Both the position numbers and the translations under genes were made by a program. A stretch of DNA of 64,000 nt from Gammaproteobacteria bacterium (GTDB lineage: Bacteria; Pseudomonadota; Gammaproteobacteria; Eutrophobiales; Eutrophobiaceae): assembly GCA_965116495.1 (NCBI GenBank), contig OZ220696.1:2144001-2208000 (forward strand), in the 5' to 3' direction. Numbering within the stretch: position 1 is the stretch's first letter; each line of letters starts with the position of its first letter. The notes beneath the pieces were generated by a model, which ran no database searches, was not told the origin of the DNA, and was given only the letters and a program-made list of their open reading frames with translations. Shown here in pieces: positions 11,425-21,643 of the stretch.

Positions 11425-12593
11425 CAGTTTTCTCCCCGGCTCATCGCCACAACCTTGTCTGCAGCATCACTCAGGCCATCAGCCGATGTAATCTTCAGGC
11501 CGCTTTCATTGAGCAGCAACTTTCCTTCTTCCACCCGGGTGCCTTCCAGCCTGACCACGACCGGAATATCCAGCCCCACTTCCCTGACCGCGTTGATGAT
11601 ACCCTCTGCAATCAGGTCGCAACGGACTATGCCGCCGAATATATTGACCAGGATAGCCTTTACTTTCGCGTCCGAGGTAATCAGCTTAAAGGCTTCGGTA
11701 ACACGTTCCGTGGTCGCCCCGCCACCCACGTCCAGAAAATTGGCGGGATCACCGCCATGCAACTTGATGATATCCATGGTTGCCATGGCCAGGCCGGCGC
11801 CGTTCACCATGCAGGCGATATCGCCATCCAGCGCGACATAATTCAGGTCGAACACCTTGGCCTTGTTCTCTTTCTCATCTTCCTGGCTGGGGTCGCGCCA
11901 ACTTTCGAGTTCCGCCTGCCGATATATGGCATTGTCATCCACGGCGACCTTGGCATCCAGGGCTTCCAGATCTCCTTCTTTGGTGATGACGAGAGGGTTT
12001 ATTTCAATCAGGCTGAGGTCCTTGTCGACAAATAGCCGGTACAGGCCCGACAAGATATTTGCCAGTTGTTTGCCCTGATTACCGTTCAGTCCCAGTGACA
12101 TACCCAGGGCCCGGCACTGATAATCCTGTAGTCCCATCACCGGGTCAATGGCGAACGTGAAGATCTTCTCCGGTTGTGTCGCTGCAACTTCCTCGATATC
12201 CACTCCCCCGGCGGCGGAGGCCATCACTGAAATCCGGCGTTTGCTCCTGTCGACCAGTAGTCCCAGGTACAGTTCGGAAGCGATATCCGACAGCGCCGAG
12301 ACCAGCACACAATTCACCGGTTTACCTTCGGCCCCGGATTGTTTCGTAACCAGGTTTGTACCCAGCAGACCTTTAACATATTCTTCCAGTTCCTTTCTAC
12401 CGGTTACCAGTTTTACGCCACCCGCTTTACCGCGCCCCCCGGCGTGGACCTGGGCTTTCACCACCCAACTGTTACCGCCCAGTTCGGCGGCGATTCCGAG
12501 CGCGTCCCCTACGGATTGGGCGGCATCTCCCTTCGGTACGGGAATGCCGTATTCAGAAAAAAGCATTTTTGCCTGGTATTCGTGCAGGTTCAT
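11424..12593 (-). CDS. sucC: Succinyl-CoA synthetase beta subunit
   Basis: [42 protein letters not shown]. Confidence 0.98.
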   Translation of the reverse strand: MNLHEYQAKMLFSEYGIPVPKGDAAQSVGDALGIAAELGGNSWVVKAQVHAGGRGKAGGVKLVTGRKELEEYVKGLLGTNLVTKQSGAEGKPVNCVLVSALSDIASELYLGLLVDRSKRRISVMASAAGGVDIEEVAATQPEKIFTFAIDPVMGLQDYQCRALGMSLGLNGNQGKQLANILSGLYRLFVDKDLSLIEINPLVITKEGDLEALDAKVAVDDNAIYRQAELESWRDPSQEDEKENKAKVFDLNYVALDGDIACMVNGAGLAMATMDIIKLHGGDPANFLDVGGGATTERVTEAFKLITSDAKVKAILVNIFGGIVRCDLIAEGIINAVREVGLDIPVVVRLEGTRVEEGKLLLNESGLKITSADGLSDAADKVVAMSRGEN

Positions 12594-12737
12594 CTCCTAA
12601 ACTCTCTTTATTGTTCCTGTGCAGACAATGCAGTATGGATTCCCGATGGCTGATGCATCAAATATTTTACTGCAATCCATGCGCCGGCGTGTTACAAGAA
12701 AATAGTCGGGAACGCGGATTATACGTCTTTAGAAAAA

Positions 12738-12962
12738 GTGTTACGCCTGTTAATAATAATTGCATTACTGGTTTTGCTGTTCGCCTTGCTCAAGCGGTTT
12801 TTCCCGGGGGATAAACCAGAGGGAGACGAAAACCGCATCGCGAAAATGGTCCAATGCGATTACTGTCGGTTATACATCCCGCACACCTCCGCAATAAAGC
12901 ACGCTACGCGCTATTATTGCTGTGATGAGCACAAAGAGTCGGCAGCAGACAACACATCGTGA
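12738..12962 (+). CDS. PP0621-family small membrane-anchored zinc-binding protein
   Basis: N-terminal TM helix; MVQCDYC..YIP..YYCCDEH. Confidence 0.75.
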   Translation: MLRLLIIIALLVLLFALLKRFFPGDKPEGDENRIAKMVQCDYCRLYIPHTSAIKHATRYYCCDEHKESAADNTS

Positions 12963-13016
12963 GCGGCGACCGCGCTGTCGAACAGTTTATCACCTGTTAA
13001 GGATAACTGTATAACA

Positions 13017-13155
13017 ATCCGCAGATTACGCAGATTTCCGCAGATTAATAATTCTTGTTTATGAGATTCAGAGGCACATGGCATTGAAATGGCGTCATAT
13101 TTACACATTTTATCATCTTATTTTTTATCGGCGAAAATCTGCGTAATCTGCGGAT
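13017..13155. repeat. Inverted pair of 9-bp tandem arrays (CGCAGATTW x3 and its reverse complement)
   Basis: atccgcagattacgcagatttccgcagatt ... atcggcgaaaatctgcgtaatctgcggat; partial copy near 8918-8932. Confidence 0.75.
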
Positions 13156-13162
13156 AAATTTC

Positions 13163-13942
13163 TCACCCAACAGCGCGGATTACTTCCAGCAAGCGGTCAT
13201 GGACGGCGAGATTCCCTGCCACGACGTTGCCGCTATCCGTCCAGGGACTGCCGCTGTCCATGTCACTTATAAATCCACCGGCCTCACGGATCAGCAAAGC
13301 ACCGGCGGCAATGTCCCATTGTTCCAACCCGTATTCCCAGAACCCGTCCAGACGGCCGCTGGCGACGTAGGCCAGGTCCAGCGAGGCTGCTCCCGGTCGT
13401 CTTATACCGGCGGTGACGGCAGTCAGTTCCCTGAATATCCCGATATAGCTATCGAGCCGGTCCAATGACCGAAAGGGAAAACCGGTGCCGATCAGTGCGC
13501 CCTCGAGTGAATTCGACCGGGCAACACGGATACGCCGGCCATCCAGGTGGGCGCCGTCGCCCCTGCTGGCGGTAAACAATTCCTGGCGTAACGGATCATA
13601 AACGATACCCTGGTCCAGGATGCCCTTGTGTTTTAATGCAACGGAGACTGCAAACTGCGGAAATCCATGCAGGAAATTAGTCGTGCCGTCGAGCGGATCT
13701 ATAATCCACTGGTAATCGTCACCCTCCTGCGCACCGCTTTCCTCGGCCAGAATGGCATGGTCCGGATAGGCCTTGCGCAGGATGTCGATAATGATCAACT
13801 CAGCGCGCCTGTCGACTTCACTGACAAAGTCGTTACGGCTTTTTTCCGTGACCTCGATACCCTGCAACTGGTCCATGCAACGGGTGATAAAATCACCAGC
13901 GGAACGGACTGCGCGGATTCCTATATTCAGCATAGGGTGCAT
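13163..13942 (-). CDS. suhB: Inositol-1-monophosphatase SuhB
   Basis: MHPMLNI, WIIDPLDGTTNFLHG, WDIAAG; divergent from trmJ. Confidence 0.95.
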   Translation of the reverse strand: MHPMLNIGIRAVRSAGDFITRCMDQLQGIEVTEKSRNDFVSEVDRRAELIIIDILRKAYPDHAILAEESGAQEGDDYQWIIDPLDGTTNFLHGFPQFAVSVALKHKGILDQGIVYDPLRQELFTASRGDGAHLDGRRIRVARSNSLEGALIGTGFPFRSLDRLDSYIGIFRELTAVTAGIRRPGAASLDLAYVASGRLDGFWEYGLEQWDIAAGALLIREAGGFISDMDSGSPWTDSGNVVAGNLAVHDRLLEVIRAVG

Positions 13943-13969
13943 TTTTTTCTCCAGCGGATGTGATAAATC

Positions 13970-14226
13970 AATTACGAATTAGGAATTAGGAATTACGAAT
14001 TAGGAATTAGGAATTAAATGTTCAGGTGCCACCACATTCTTAATTCTTGATTTTTATTTCCTGAATTACTTCGCCCACCGGCAATATTGTAAACCAGTTA
14101 CAATATGAGAATTAAGATTTAAGAATTAATCGTATATGTGACCCCTATTCCTAATTCCTAATTCGTAATTTGTAATTCCTAATTCGTAATTCCTAATTCG
14201 TAATTTGTAATCCCTACTCCCTAATT
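13970..14226. repeat. Inverted arrays of 7-bp tandem repeats (AATTAGG/AATTACG versus TCCTAAT/TCGTAAT)
   Basis: 13970-14016 aattacgaattaggaattagg...; 14146-14226 attcctaattcctaattcgtaat... Confidence 0.85.
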
Positions 14227-14236
14227 GAATTCAATC

Positions 14237-14965
14237 ATGTTGGAAAACGTAAAGATTGTCCTGGTAAATACGACACACCCGGGAAATATCGGCGCTGCGG
14301 CCCGGGCAATGAAAACCATGGGCATGGAACAACTGGCGCTGGTGTCCCCCGGGAATTTTCCCAGTGCGGAGTGCTCCGCCAGGGCCGCCGGCGCGGATGA
14401 TATTCTTGCCGGCAGCCAGGTATTTTCAGGTCTTGAAGAAGCGGTTGCAGACTGCGAACTGGTTTTCGGGACAAGCGCGCGCGCAAGGAGCATTGCCTGG
14501 CCGGAGGTCACGCCTGAAGCCGCAGCAACGCAGATCATCAGCCGCGTAAATATCTCAACCGGCATGGCTGTCGTTTTCGGGCGGGAAAGTTCCGGCCTGT
14601 CCAATGCAGATCTGGAACTGTGCCATGCCATGATCCGCATACCCACCAATGCGGATTTTTCTTCCCTGAATATTGCCTCGGCGGCACAGATAATCTGCTA
14701 TGAGATCAGCAAGCAGTATCTTGCCCGGGAGGAATCAGGAGTTGAGCCGGATAATCCGGAATCCCCGGTCACAGTCGAACAGATGGAATACCTGTACCAG
14801 CATTTCCAGGAAATGCTGACCGACATCGGTTATCTCGACCCGGAGAAACCGCGCCACCTGATGCGCCGCATCAAACGCCTGTTCAACCGCGCCCGCCTGG
14901 ACGCCAATGAATATAATATCCTGCGCGGCATCCTGACGGCGGTGCAAAAATCAATTAAGAATTAA
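14237..14965 (+). CDS. trmJ: tRNA (cytidine/uridine-2'-O)-methyltransferase TrmJ
   Basis: HPGNIGAAARAMKTMG, VFGRESSGL, SSLNIA, NILRGIL. Confidence 0.92.
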   Translation: MLENVKIVLVNTTHPGNIGAAARAMKTMGMEQLALVSPGNFPSAECSARAAGADDILAGSQVFSGLEEAVADCELVFGTSARARSIAWPEVTPEAAATQIISRVNISTGMAVVFGRESSGLSNADLELCHAMIRIPTNADFSSLNIASAAQIICYEISKQYLAREESGVEPDNPESPVTVEQMEYLYQHFQEMLTDIGYLDPEKPRHLMRRIKRLFNRARLDANEYNILRGILTAVQKSIKN

Positions 14966-14975
14966 GAATTAGAAA

Positions 14976-15244
14976 CTAGTACCCTTTCCAGTTAATATTG
15001 ACGTGTTCAGAGCTACACAGCAACGCCAAGACAAGGCGCAGCCCGCAGAGAATGGCGCGCCCTTGTCAAGGGCTGCAACGCCGTATTGGCGTTGCTGTGT
15101 AGCTCCCTGCGGGCGGGCCGGGAAGCGGTCGCCCGCGGCGTTACGCCGCTTGGCAAGGACGCGCCATTCCCGGCGCGGCGTGCCTTGCGCTCAACCGCTT
15201 CCCGACCCGCTGAACATGTCAATATTAACTGGAAAGGGTACTAG
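14976..15244. mobile_element. MITE with ~31-bp terminal inverted repeats flanked by CTAG
   Basis: ctagtaccctttccagttaatattgacgtgttcag (14976-15010) versus ctgaacatgtcaatattaactggaaagggtactag (15210-15244), one mismatch; internal hairpins; no transposase. Confidence 0.85.
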
Positions 15245-15300
15245 GAATGAATGTGCCGCCTGCGGCGGCTGTTCATCAGTGAATACTCCAACTACCATCC

Positions 15301-15334
15301 AATTCTTAATTCCTAATTCCTAATTCCTAATTCC
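15301..15334. repeat. 7-bp tandem repeat arm (TCCTAAT), partner of the AATTAAG arm at 14952-14975
   Basis: aattcttaattcctaattcctaattcctaattcc. Confidence 0.75.
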
Positions 15335-15391
15335 AGCTTGCCAGAGTTTCCCAAGAGATTAAAATAACAAAAACTCCAAGGAGACCCTGAT

Positions 15392-16846
15392 ATGTCAAAC
15401 ATGGGCATACGAGATGCCAGACGGCCTCCGGCCGATTCGCTGTTGCAGGAAATTGCCGATTATGTCTTGAATGGCGAGGCGGCAAGCGAGGCGGCGCGCA
15501 GTACTGCGTTTTACTGCCTGCTGGATACCCTGGCCTGCGCTATGATGGCCCTGAAATTCCCGGCTTGCGCCAAGCTGCTGGGACCGGTGGTGCCCGGGGC
15601 CGAAATGGTGAACGGTACACGTGTACCCGGTACAAACTACCGGTTGGACCCGGTTCAGGCGGCATTCAATATCGGCGCCATGGTGCGCTGGCTGGATTTC
15701 AACGATACCTGGCTGGCAGCCGAATGGGGACATCCATCCGATAATCTCGGCGGCATTCTTGCGGTTGCCGATTACCTGAGCCTGGAAAATAACGCCGCGG
15801 GGAAACACCCGCTGACTGTCGCGGACGTTCTCGACGGCATGATCCGGGCCCATGAAATCCAGGGCGTACTCGCCCTGAAAAACAGCTTTAACGGTGTCGG
15901 CCTGGACCATGTCCTGCTGGTTCGCATCGCCAGCACAGCCGTGGTCACAAAAATGCTGGGAGGCAATCGGGAACAGGTCATCAATGCCGTTTCCAATGCC
16001 TGGATCGACGGCGGCGCGTTACGCACCTACCGTCATGCACCCAACACGGGTTCCAGGAAAAGCTGGGCGGCAGGCGATGCAACCAGCCGCGCGGTACGCC
16101 ATGCGCTGATTGCGCTGGCCGGTGAGATGGGTTATCCGTCGGCGCTGAGCGCCGAGCACTGGGGCTTTCAGGATGTGTTGTTCAAGGGAAACGAGGTGAT
16201 CATGGAACGTCCCTTGGGCTGTTACGTCATGGAAAACGTCCTGTTCAAGATCTCCTTTCCGGCAGAGTTTCATGCCCAGACCGCGGTTGAAGCGGCCATG
16301 TCACTGCACGAACAGGTGAAAGAGCGCCTGGAGGAAATAGAAAAAGTGAGCGTGGAAACACAGGAAGCCGGGGCGCGCATTATCGATAAATCCGGCCCCC
16401 TGGATAATCCGGCCGACCGCGATCACTGCATTCAATACATGACGGCAATACCCTTGATCTTCGGCCGGCTGGTCGCAGAGGATTACGAGGATGACGTTGC
16501 TGCGGACCCGCGTATCGATACACTCAGGGGCAGGATGGAGGTAACGGAAAACAAGCGGTTCACCATCGACTATCATGACCCGGATAAACGCGCTATCGGT
16601 AATTCGGTACAGGTTTTTTTCCGTGACGGGTCCAGTACGGATAAAGTCAGCGTCGATTATCCGGTCGGCCATCGGCGCCGGCGCAGTGAAGGCATTCCTC
16701 TGCTGCTGGATAAATTCAACCGTGCCGTCGCCGGGCACTTCTCCCAGGACCGGAAACAGGCCATCCTCGCGGCCTGCGCCGACCGGCCCGTGCTTGAAGC
16801 CATGCCGGTGAATGTCTTCATGGACCTGTGGGCGGGTACCGGATAA
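15392..16846 (+). CDS. prpD: 2-methylcitrate dehydratase
   Basis: [39 protein letters not shown]. Confidence 0.95.
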   Translation: MSNMGIRDARRPPADSLLQEIADYVLNGEAASEAARSTAFYCLLDTLACAMMALKFPACAKLLGPVVPGAEMVNGTRVPGTNYRLDPVQAAFNIGAMVRWLDFNDTWLAAEWGHPSDNLGGILAVADYLSLENNAAGKHPLTVADVLDGMIRAHEIQGVLALKNSFNGVGLDHVLLVRIASTAVVTKMLGGNREQVINAVSNAWIDGGALRTYRHAPNTGSRKSWAAGDATSRAVRHALIALAGEMGYPSALSAEHWGFQDVLFKGNEVIMERPLGCYVMENVLFKISFPAEFHAQTAVEAAMSLHEQVKERLEEIEKVSVETQEAGARIIDKSGPLDNPADRDHCIQYMTAIPLIFGRLVAEDYEDDVAADPRIDTLRGRMEVTENKRFTIDYHDPDKRAIGNSVQVFFRDGSSTDKVSVDYPVGHRRRRSEGIPLLLDKFNRAVAGHFSQDRKQAILAACADRPVLEAMPVNVFMDLWAGTG

Positions 16847-16885
16847 GCATGGCAGGCATGTTCCTCATTGCAAGGAATGTTTGCT

Positions 16886-16911
16886 CACTGGATTCCCGCG
16901 TGCGCGGGAAC
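16886..16911. repeat. REP-like palindrome (CTGGATTCCCGC..GCGGGAA)
   Basis: Same family as copies at 57230, 61886, 62001, 63243. Confidence 0.7.
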
Positions 16912-16925
16912 AAGGCTGAAACGAC

Positions 16926-19589
16926 ATGACCGGCAGGCAGGACAGCATAAAACGCACCTATTATTTCGGCGGCCAGTTATCCGAGGGTAGCCGCAGTGAC
17001 GTGAATTTACTCGGCGGCAAGGGTGCCAACCTGGCTGAGATGACCAGCATCGGTCTGCCTGTCCCACCGGGGTTCACCATTACCACCACCACGTGCGCCG
17101 AGTATTACCAGAGTGGCGGCAAACTCCCGAAGGGACTGCAGAGCAGTATCCGGTTGAACATGACCCGCCTTGAGAAGGAGACTGGAAAGCGGTTCGGTGA
17201 CGACGATAACCCGTTACTGGTCTCCGTCAGGAGCGGCGCAGCCGTGAGTATGCCGGGCATGCTGGATACGATCCTGAACCTGGGCCTGACAGATCGCTCC
17301 GTTATCGGACTTGGGCGGCAAACGGGCAACAGGCGCTTCGCGCTGGATGCCTACCGGCGCCTGATCAATATGTTCGGCAACGTAGTCATGGGTATCGAAC
17401 ATGACCATTTCGAAACCATTTTCACCCGGATCAAACAACAGTACGGGGTCAGTGAGGATGCCGACCTGAATGAAGACGGCCTGGAAAACCTTATCGGCGC
17501 CTATAAGAAGGCCTATAAGCAGCACAGCGGTGAAACATTTCCCCAGGCGCCCCATGAGCAACTCGAGAAGGCCGTTGAAGCCGTGTTTGAAAGCTGGAAC
17601 ACCCCCCGGGCGCAGGCTTATCGCAAGATCAACAACATCCGCGGACTGATCGGTACCGCGGCCAATATCCAGTCCATGGTATTCGGCAACATGGGCAACG
17701 ATTCAGGTACCGGCGTCGCCTTTACCCGGGATCCGACCACGGGGAAAAACCAGTTTTACGGGGAGTTCCTGATCAACGCCCAGGGAGAAGACGTGGTTGC
17801 AGGCATACGTACGCCGCAACCGGTGGCAAAGATGAAAAAGTGGCGCCCGGAGATCTATGAGCAACTGCTCAAGGTGAAACGTATCCTGGAAACCCATTAC
17901 AAGGATATGCAGGATATCGAATTCACCATCGAAAAAAGCGTGTTGTACATGTTACAGACGCGTACCGGGAAACGGACGGGCGCAGCGGCGATAAAAATTG
18001 CGGTGGATATGGTCAAGGAGACCCTGATAAACCAGAAGGACGCGCTGTTGCGAGTCCCCGCCAATGACCTGAACCAGGTGTTACTGCCCTCCTTCGACCA
18101 CAAGGCAAAGCGGAACGTACTGGCTACCGGCCTGCCGGCATCGCCCGGGGCCGCGTCGGGTTACCCTGTTTTCAGCGCCGATGAGGCGGTTAAACAGAGT
18201 GAAAACGGTCGCCCCGTCATTCTCGTCAGGCGGGAGACCAGCCCCGAGGATATTCACGGCATGCATGTCGCCGAGGCGATATTGACCTCCACAGGCGGCT
18301 CGACCAGTCATGCGGCGGTCGTGGCGCGGGGCTGGGGAAAGTGTTGCGTGACCGGCGCAAGCAACCTGATCATCGACGCCAAACGCAAAACCCTGACAAT
18401 CAGGAACAGGGTAATCACCCAGGAGGATATCATCAGCATAGACGGCAGCAATGGTGAAATTATGCTGGGCGACGTGGCCAAGCAGCCGCCTGTCTTCACA
18501 AATGAATTCAAGACGCTGATGGGCTGGGCCGACAGGACCCGGAAACTGGTGATACGCACCAACGCAGATACCCCTATGGATGCAGCCACGGCCCTGGAGT
18601 TCGGCGCCGAAGGTATCGGACTTTGCCGCACCGAACACATGTTCTTCGGCGACAATCGCATCGCCGCCATGCGTGAGATGATCCTCGCTGATAACGAGCC
18701 CGCGCGGCGCGCGGCGCTGAAGAAACTGTTGCCTTTCCAACGCCGGGATTTCGAGGGCATATTCAGCACCATGCGCGGCCTGCCGGTCACGATACGGTTG
18801 CTGGACCCGCCCCTGCACGAATTCCTCCCGGAGGAGGAAAAGTTGCAGCGTCAACTGGCCCGCACCATGAAGCTGAGTATCAGCAGGGTGAACCACCGGA
18901 TCAACCAGTTGCACGAAGTCAATCCCATGCTGGGCCACCGTGGTTGCCGTTTGACCGTGACCTACCCGGAGATCCTGGAAATGCAGGTAACTGCCATCAT
19001 CGAGGCGACCATCAACTGCAGGCGGAAACGCATCAATGCACAGCCGGAGATCATGATCCCGCTGGTGGGACTGGAGAGCGAACTGTCCATGCTGAGAGAT
19101 AAAGTGGAGCAGGTCATCAGTATGGTGAAACACAAGAAAAAGTTCACCGGCAAACTGGATATCCCCATCGGCACCATGATAGAAGTCCCAAGAGCCGCCA
19201 TCACCGCAGACGACATCGCCGTGCACGCCGACTTCTTCAGCTTCGGCACCAACGACCTGACCCAGATGACCCTGGGCTACAGCAGGGATGACATCGGCAG
19301 TTTCATGCCCGAATACCTGGCAAAAAACCTGCTGGAGGAGAATCCGTTCCAGACTATTGACGTGGCCGGTGTCGGCCAACTGGTCGAACAGGCCGTGCAC
19401 AGGGGCAGGTCGGTAAAACGGGAATTGAAATGCGGGATCTGCGGCGAGCACGGGGGCGATCCGGATTCAATCAATTTCTTCCAGTCGGTACAACTGGACT
19501 ATATTTCCTGCTCCCCGTTCCGCGTCCCCATCGCCCGCCTGGCCGCGGCCCAGGCAGCCCTCAGGAACCAGCTGGAACTGTTCAGTTAA
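16926..19589 (+). CDS. ppdK: Pyruvate, phosphate dikinase
   Basis: LLGGKGANLAEM, TSHAAVVARG, GIGLCRTEHMF, FSFGTNDLTQ, CGEHGGDP. Confidence 0.98.
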   Translation: MTGRQDSIKRTYYFGGQLSEGSRSDVNLLGGKGANLAEMTSIGLPVPPGFTITTTTCAEYYQSGGKLPKGLQSSIRLNMTRLEKETGKRFGDDDNPLLVSVRSGAAVSMPGMLDTILNLGLTDRSVIGLGRQTGNRRFALDAYRRLINMFGNVVMGIEHDHFETIFTRIKQQYGVSEDADLNEDGLENLIGAYKKAYKQHSGETFPQAPHEQLEKAVEAVFESWNTPRAQAYRKINNIRGLIGTAANIQSMVFGNMGNDSGTGVAFTRDPTTGKNQFYGEFLINAQGEDVVAGIRTPQPVAKMKKWRPEIYEQLLKVKRILETHYKDMQDIEFTIEKSVLYMLQTRTGKRTGAAAIKIAVDMVKETLINQKDALLRVPANDLNQVLLPSFDHKAKRNVLATGLPASPGAASGYPVFSADEAVKQSENGRPVILVRRETSPEDIHGMHVAEAILTSTGGSTSHAAVVARGWGKCCVTGASNLIIDAKRKTLTIRNRVITQEDIISIDGSNGEIMLGDVAKQPPVFTNEFKTLMGWADRTRKLVIRTNADTPMDAATALEFGAEGIGLCRTEHMFFGDNRIAAMREMILADNEPARRAALKKLLPFQRRDFEGIFSTMRGLPVTIRLLDPPLHEFLPEEEKLQRQLARTMKLSISRVNHRINQLHEVNPMLGHRGCRLTVTYPEILEMQVTAIIEATINCRRKRINAQPEIMIPLVGLESELSMLRDKVEQVISMVKHKKKFTGKLDIPIGTMIEVPRAAITADDIAVHADFFSFGTNDLTQMTLGYSRDDIGSFMPEYLAKNLLEENPFQTIDVAGVGQLVEQAVHRGRSVKRELKCGICGEHGGDPDSINFFQSVQLDYISCSPFRVPIARLAAAQAALRNQLELFS

Positions 19590-19659
19590 GCGGGTGATGG
19601 GAATCGAACCCACGTTCTCAGCTTGGGAAGCTGATGTTCTACCATTGAACTACACCCGC
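19589..19659 (-). tRNA. tRNA-Gly (CCC), CCA not encoded
   Basis: Minus strand GCGGGTGTAGTTCAATGGTAGAAC..CTTCCCAAG..GGTTCGATTCCCATCACCCGCT cloverleaf. Confidence 0.95.
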
Positions 19660-19726
19660 ATTGATCAATCATCATATCTTACAATGAGCCGCACTGGCAG
19701 GTAAAAGATTTTGTATAATAGCGCCC

Positions 19727-19924
19727 ATGAATTTACTTGTTAATGGTGAAACAACGTCCCTGGCAAACGCGGCAACGGTTTCCGACTTGATTGCCGCACT
19801 GGAAATTGAGGGCAATGTCGCAGTGGAGATCAACAGGGAGATCGTCTCGCGCAGCACTTTCGATCACCACCAACTTGCGGACGGTGACCAAGTGGAAATC
19901 GTCACCGCAATCGGTGGAGGCTGA
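19727..19924 (+). CDS. thiS: Sulfur carrier protein ThiS
   Basis: 65 aa ending VTAIGGG; upstream of thiG. Confidence 0.93.
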   Translation: MNLLVNGETTSLANAATVSDLIAALEIEGNVAVEINREIVSRSTFDHHQLADGDQVEIVTAIGGG

Positions 19925-19970
19925 GTCCGAACCTGTCACTAAACCAAATAGGTTAATACACTTTACAATC

Positions 19971-20756
19971 ATGCAAGAAGATGCGTTAATCATCGCCGGC
20001 AAGGTTTACTCGTCACGCCTGCTGGTCGGCACCGGCAAATACAAGGACCTGGAAGAAACCGGCAAAGCGATAGAGGCCAGCGGCGCTGAAATCGTCACCG
20101 TTGCTATCCGCCGCACCAATATCGGCCAGTCAAAAGACGAACCCAACCTGCTTGACTACGTCAGCCCGGAAAAATTTACCATCCTTCCAAACACCGCGGG
20201 TTGTTTCGACTCTGACTCCGCGGTGCGTACCTGCCGCCTGGCGCGTGAATTGCTTAACGGTCATGACCTGGTGAAACTGGAGGTGCTGGGCGACAAGAAA
20301 ACCCTGTTTCCGGATATCCCCCAAACCCTGGAAGCGGCGCAGATACTTGTCAGGGAAAACTTCAGGGTGATGGTTTACACCAACGATGACCCGATTATGG
20401 CGTTGCGGTTCGAACAAATGGGGTGTATTGCAGTGATGCCGCTGGCCGCTCCTATCGGTTCCGGGCTGGGTATTCGCAACCCCTACAACATAAGGACCAT
20501 CGTAGAGAACGCCAGCGTGCCTATCCTGGTGGACGCCGGTGTCGGTACGGCCTCGGATGCGTCGATCGCCATGGAACTCGGCTGTGACGGTGTATTGATG
20601 AACACGGCAATCGCTGAGGCCAAAAATCCGGTATTAATGGCATCGGCAATGAAAAAGGCCATAGAGGCGGGACGCGAGGCCTACCTGGCCGGACGCATGC
20701 CAAGACGGGCCTACGCCAGCGCGTCATCACCAATCGATGGAACCTTCTTCAGCTAA
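19971..20756 (+). CDS. thiG: Thiazole synthase
   Basis: [40 protein letters not shown]; start ATG 19971. Confidence 0.97.
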   Translation: MQEDALIIAGKVYSSRLLVGTGKYKDLEETGKAIEASGAEIVTVAIRRTNIGQSKDEPNLLDYVSPEKFTILPNTAGCFDSDSAVRTCRLARELLNGHDLVKLEVLGDKKTLFPDIPQTLEAAQILVRENFRVMVYTNDDPIMALRFEQMGCIAVMPLAAPIGSGLGIRNPYNIRTIVENASVPILVDAGVGTASDASIAMELGCDGVLMNTAIAEAKNPVLMASAMKKAIEAGREAYLAGRMPRRAYASASSPIDGTFFS

Positions 20757-20757
20757 C

Positions 20758-20918
20758 TAATTTGGGACACCCATAAATTGGGGGCGGAATTAATTTGGGA
20801 CAGCCATAAATTGGGAAGCGCTAACTTCCCGTGCGCGCAAGAAAGTATTACTTTTGCGTGCCCATTTATGGGTGTCCCAAATTGCGTTTACGTGCCAATT
20901 TGTGGGTGTCCCAAATTA
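20758..20918. repeat. Nested inverted repeat of ~24-bp unit TAATTTGGGACACCCATAAATTGG (two forward, two reverse)
   Basis: Copies at 20758, 20791 (forward) and 20861, 20895 (reverse); solo copy at 26536. Confidence 0.8.
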
Positions 20919-20950
20919 CGCTGAATTACGCGGTAAACAATGGGCGGGAA

Positions 20951-21625
20951 ATGCGGGTTAAGAGTTATGTATTGAGACAGGGCCGGCTCACCAAAGCGCA
21001 GGCGAACGCAATAGAGCTACACTGGGCTGAATTCGGCATTGATTACCGGGATGAGCTGCTGGACCTGGATGCGCTGTTTAACCGTGTTGCGCCCCGGGTA
21101 CTGGATATAGGTACCGGCATGGGTGAGACGACGCTCAAGCTGGCGCAGGAGCATCCCGAAAACGATTACCTGGCCGTTGAAGTGCACCGTCCCGGTATCG
21201 GACGCCTGTTATACGGCATAGCCGAATACGGGCTTACTAATGTCCGTGTCATCAACCATGACGCAGTCGACGTCGTCAATTGGCAGATACCTGAAGAGTC
21301 AATGACGTCCATCTACATCAATTTCCCCGACCCATGGCCCAAGAAACGCCACCACAAGCGCCGTCTCGTGCAACCCGGTTTTATCAACAGGCTCACAAGC
21401 CGCATGAAACTCGAGGGGCAATTATACCTTGCCACCGATTCCCGGAATTTGGCAGAATACATGCTGGCCGTATGTGACGCCGAAACCGGCCTGATCAACC
21501 TGGCAGGTTTCGGCAACTTTAGCCCGCGGCCTCTGTGGCGACCCCTGACAAAGTTCGAACAGCGGGGATTGGACTTAAACAACCAGGGTTGGGAAATGAT
21601 TTATTGCCGGCGCCTTGAACAATAA
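20951..21625 (+). CDS. trmB: tRNA (guanine-N7)-methyltransferase
   Basis: DIGTGMG, EVHRPG, FPDPWPKKRHHKRR, TKFEQRG. Confidence 0.95.
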   Translation: MRVKSYVLRQGRLTKAQANAIELHWAEFGIDYRDELLDLDALFNRVAPRVLDIGTGMGETTLKLAQEHPENDYLAVEVHRPGIGRLLYGIAEYGLTNVRVINHDAVDVVNWQIPEESMTSIYINFPDPWPKKRHHKRRLVQPGFINRLTSRMKLEGQLYLATDSRNLAEYMLAVCDAETGLINLAGFGNFSPRPLWRPLTKFEQRGLDLNNQGWEMIYCRRLEQ

Positions 21626-21643
21626 TAATCACAAACCATCAAC

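Noticed and set aside
8933-12593. sucCD-nadE coupling as a novel operon
   Set aside because: An ordinary housekeeping arrangement that I recall from other Gammaproteobacteria.
15003-15323. 106-aa ORF
   Set aside because: It lies within the MITE and repeat arms and has no protein-like features.
18081-19451. Long antisense ORF (456 aa) and similar shadow ORFs
   Set aside because: Antisense shadow of high-GC ppdK codons; the same applies to shadows over sucC, cysQ, asmA and argH.
19727-20756. ThiS-ThiG fusion or frameshift suggested by the 321-aa ORF
   Set aside because: thiS ends normally in GGG-stop and thiG has its own ATG at 19971; the extension is an overlapping open frame.
20758-20918. 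Possible mini-CRISPR
   Set aside because: Units are inverted, spacers are short and irregular, and there are no cas genes.
20831-20950. N-terminal extension of TrmB
   Set aside because: It is translated repeat sequence; homology begins near ATG 20951.
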